From a virus: a DNA stretch of 37,256 nt. Shown here one piece after another: positions 36,994-37,256 of the stretch. Under the pieces are notes generated by a model that worked only from the letters and a program-made list of their open reading frames with translations, was not told the DNA's origin and made no database searches. Made by a program: the position numbers and the translations under genes. The first letter of the stretch is position 1, and every line of letters starts with the position of its first letter. The DNA lies in the IMG/VR virus record IMGVR_UViG_3300023223_000105, positions 1-37,256 of that record. One strand, given 5' to 3'.

Positions 36994-37256
36994 CTAGTAA
37001 GGCCAGTGGAATATACGATCCCATAGGGACATGGATTCTATTTTATCAAGACGCTCTGCTTGGAGGTTGTTAACGAGTTGCATCGATTCCATCAACGTGA
37101 TTAGATAGTCTAATGCCTCGCCGTCAAGACGAGGGGCTTCCTTTTGTGGAAACTGCACTTTGTTATTCTGGTATTTCTTACGCTTCTGTGTAAGAATACT
37201 CTCTTTGTTAGCTTGGTAATACTCACGCTGCCGTGCAAGAGCCCTCTCTCTATTTT
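36994..37256 (-). CDS. 3' portion of the 117-aa basic repeat protein (see 1..235). 37113-37256 duplicates 1-144.
   Basis: The frame continues ...RLDGEALDYLITLMESMQLVNNLQAERLDKIESMSLWDRIFHWPY to a stop (TAG, complement of cta at 36994-36996). Confidence 0.6.
   Translation of the reverse strand, partial: NRERALARQREYYQANKESILTQKRKKYQNNKVQFPQKEAPRLDGEALDYLITLMESMQLVNNLQAERLDKIESMSLWDRIFHWPY
37113..37256. repeat. Terminal direct repeat, copy 2 (identical to 1-144).
   Basis: Direct reading. Confidence 0.95.

Overview
The window is one complete phage genome. Its first 144 nt are identical to its last 144 nt, so the contig closes on itself with a unique length of 37,112 bp. No integrase, DNA polymerase, primase/helicase or RNA polymerase is recognisable. 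Gene content looks like a short-tailed (podovirus-like) dsDNA phage. The GTA-type 3-TM holin, DUF1376 replication-associated protein, XRE regulator and a GGNNPP-motif protein suggest an alphaproteobacterial host, which is inference only.

I read three transcription units, each headed by a near-consensus TTGACA-17-TAnnAT promoter:
- Leftward operon (2102 -> 1, wrapping to 36994). It has a ~210-nt structured leader, small proteins, an HTH protein, a DUF1064 nuclease, a type II tRNA and a basic repeat protein. A 26-bp palindromic hairpin follows it.
- Rightward operon (2136 -> 6626). It carries a recombination toolkit (Erf, Ref-like HNH nuclease, NinB-like), DUF551, a tRNA-Glu-like gene and small ORFs.
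- Long leftward unit (36697 -> 6799). It runs through XRE regulator, DUF1376 protein and a loader-like protein, then about 24 tightly packed small ORFan genes. These are followed by small and large terminase, portal, scaffold, major capsid, decoration protein, a strong hairpin, adaptor/nozzle, a GNAT acetyltransferase, three Ala/Gly/Gln-rich internal virion proteins, tail fibres/spike (one with a LamG domain), and lysis genes (DUF5675 protein, GTA-type holin).

The most unusual observations:
- The early ORFan region is stitched together by at least five families of exact or near-exact 18-33-nt direct repeats. They sit on gene junctions (stop codon + SD + start codon), and each pair brackets exactly one gene, giving a cassette-like architecture with relics of lost gene ends.
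- One of these cassettes encodes a pentapeptide-repeat (DNA-mimic type) protein built from near-identical 75- and 90-bp higher-order DNA repeats.
- A long structured leader RNA lies downstream of the leftward promoter.
- A GNAT gene is inserted in the virion module.
- There are three long out-of-frame gene overlaps.
- Both tRNAs are structurally atypical.
- A 350-bp noncoding region dense in palindromes and iterons lies upstream of the regulator/replication genes.

All functional calls rest on motif recognition by eye and on gene order. No database search was possible.
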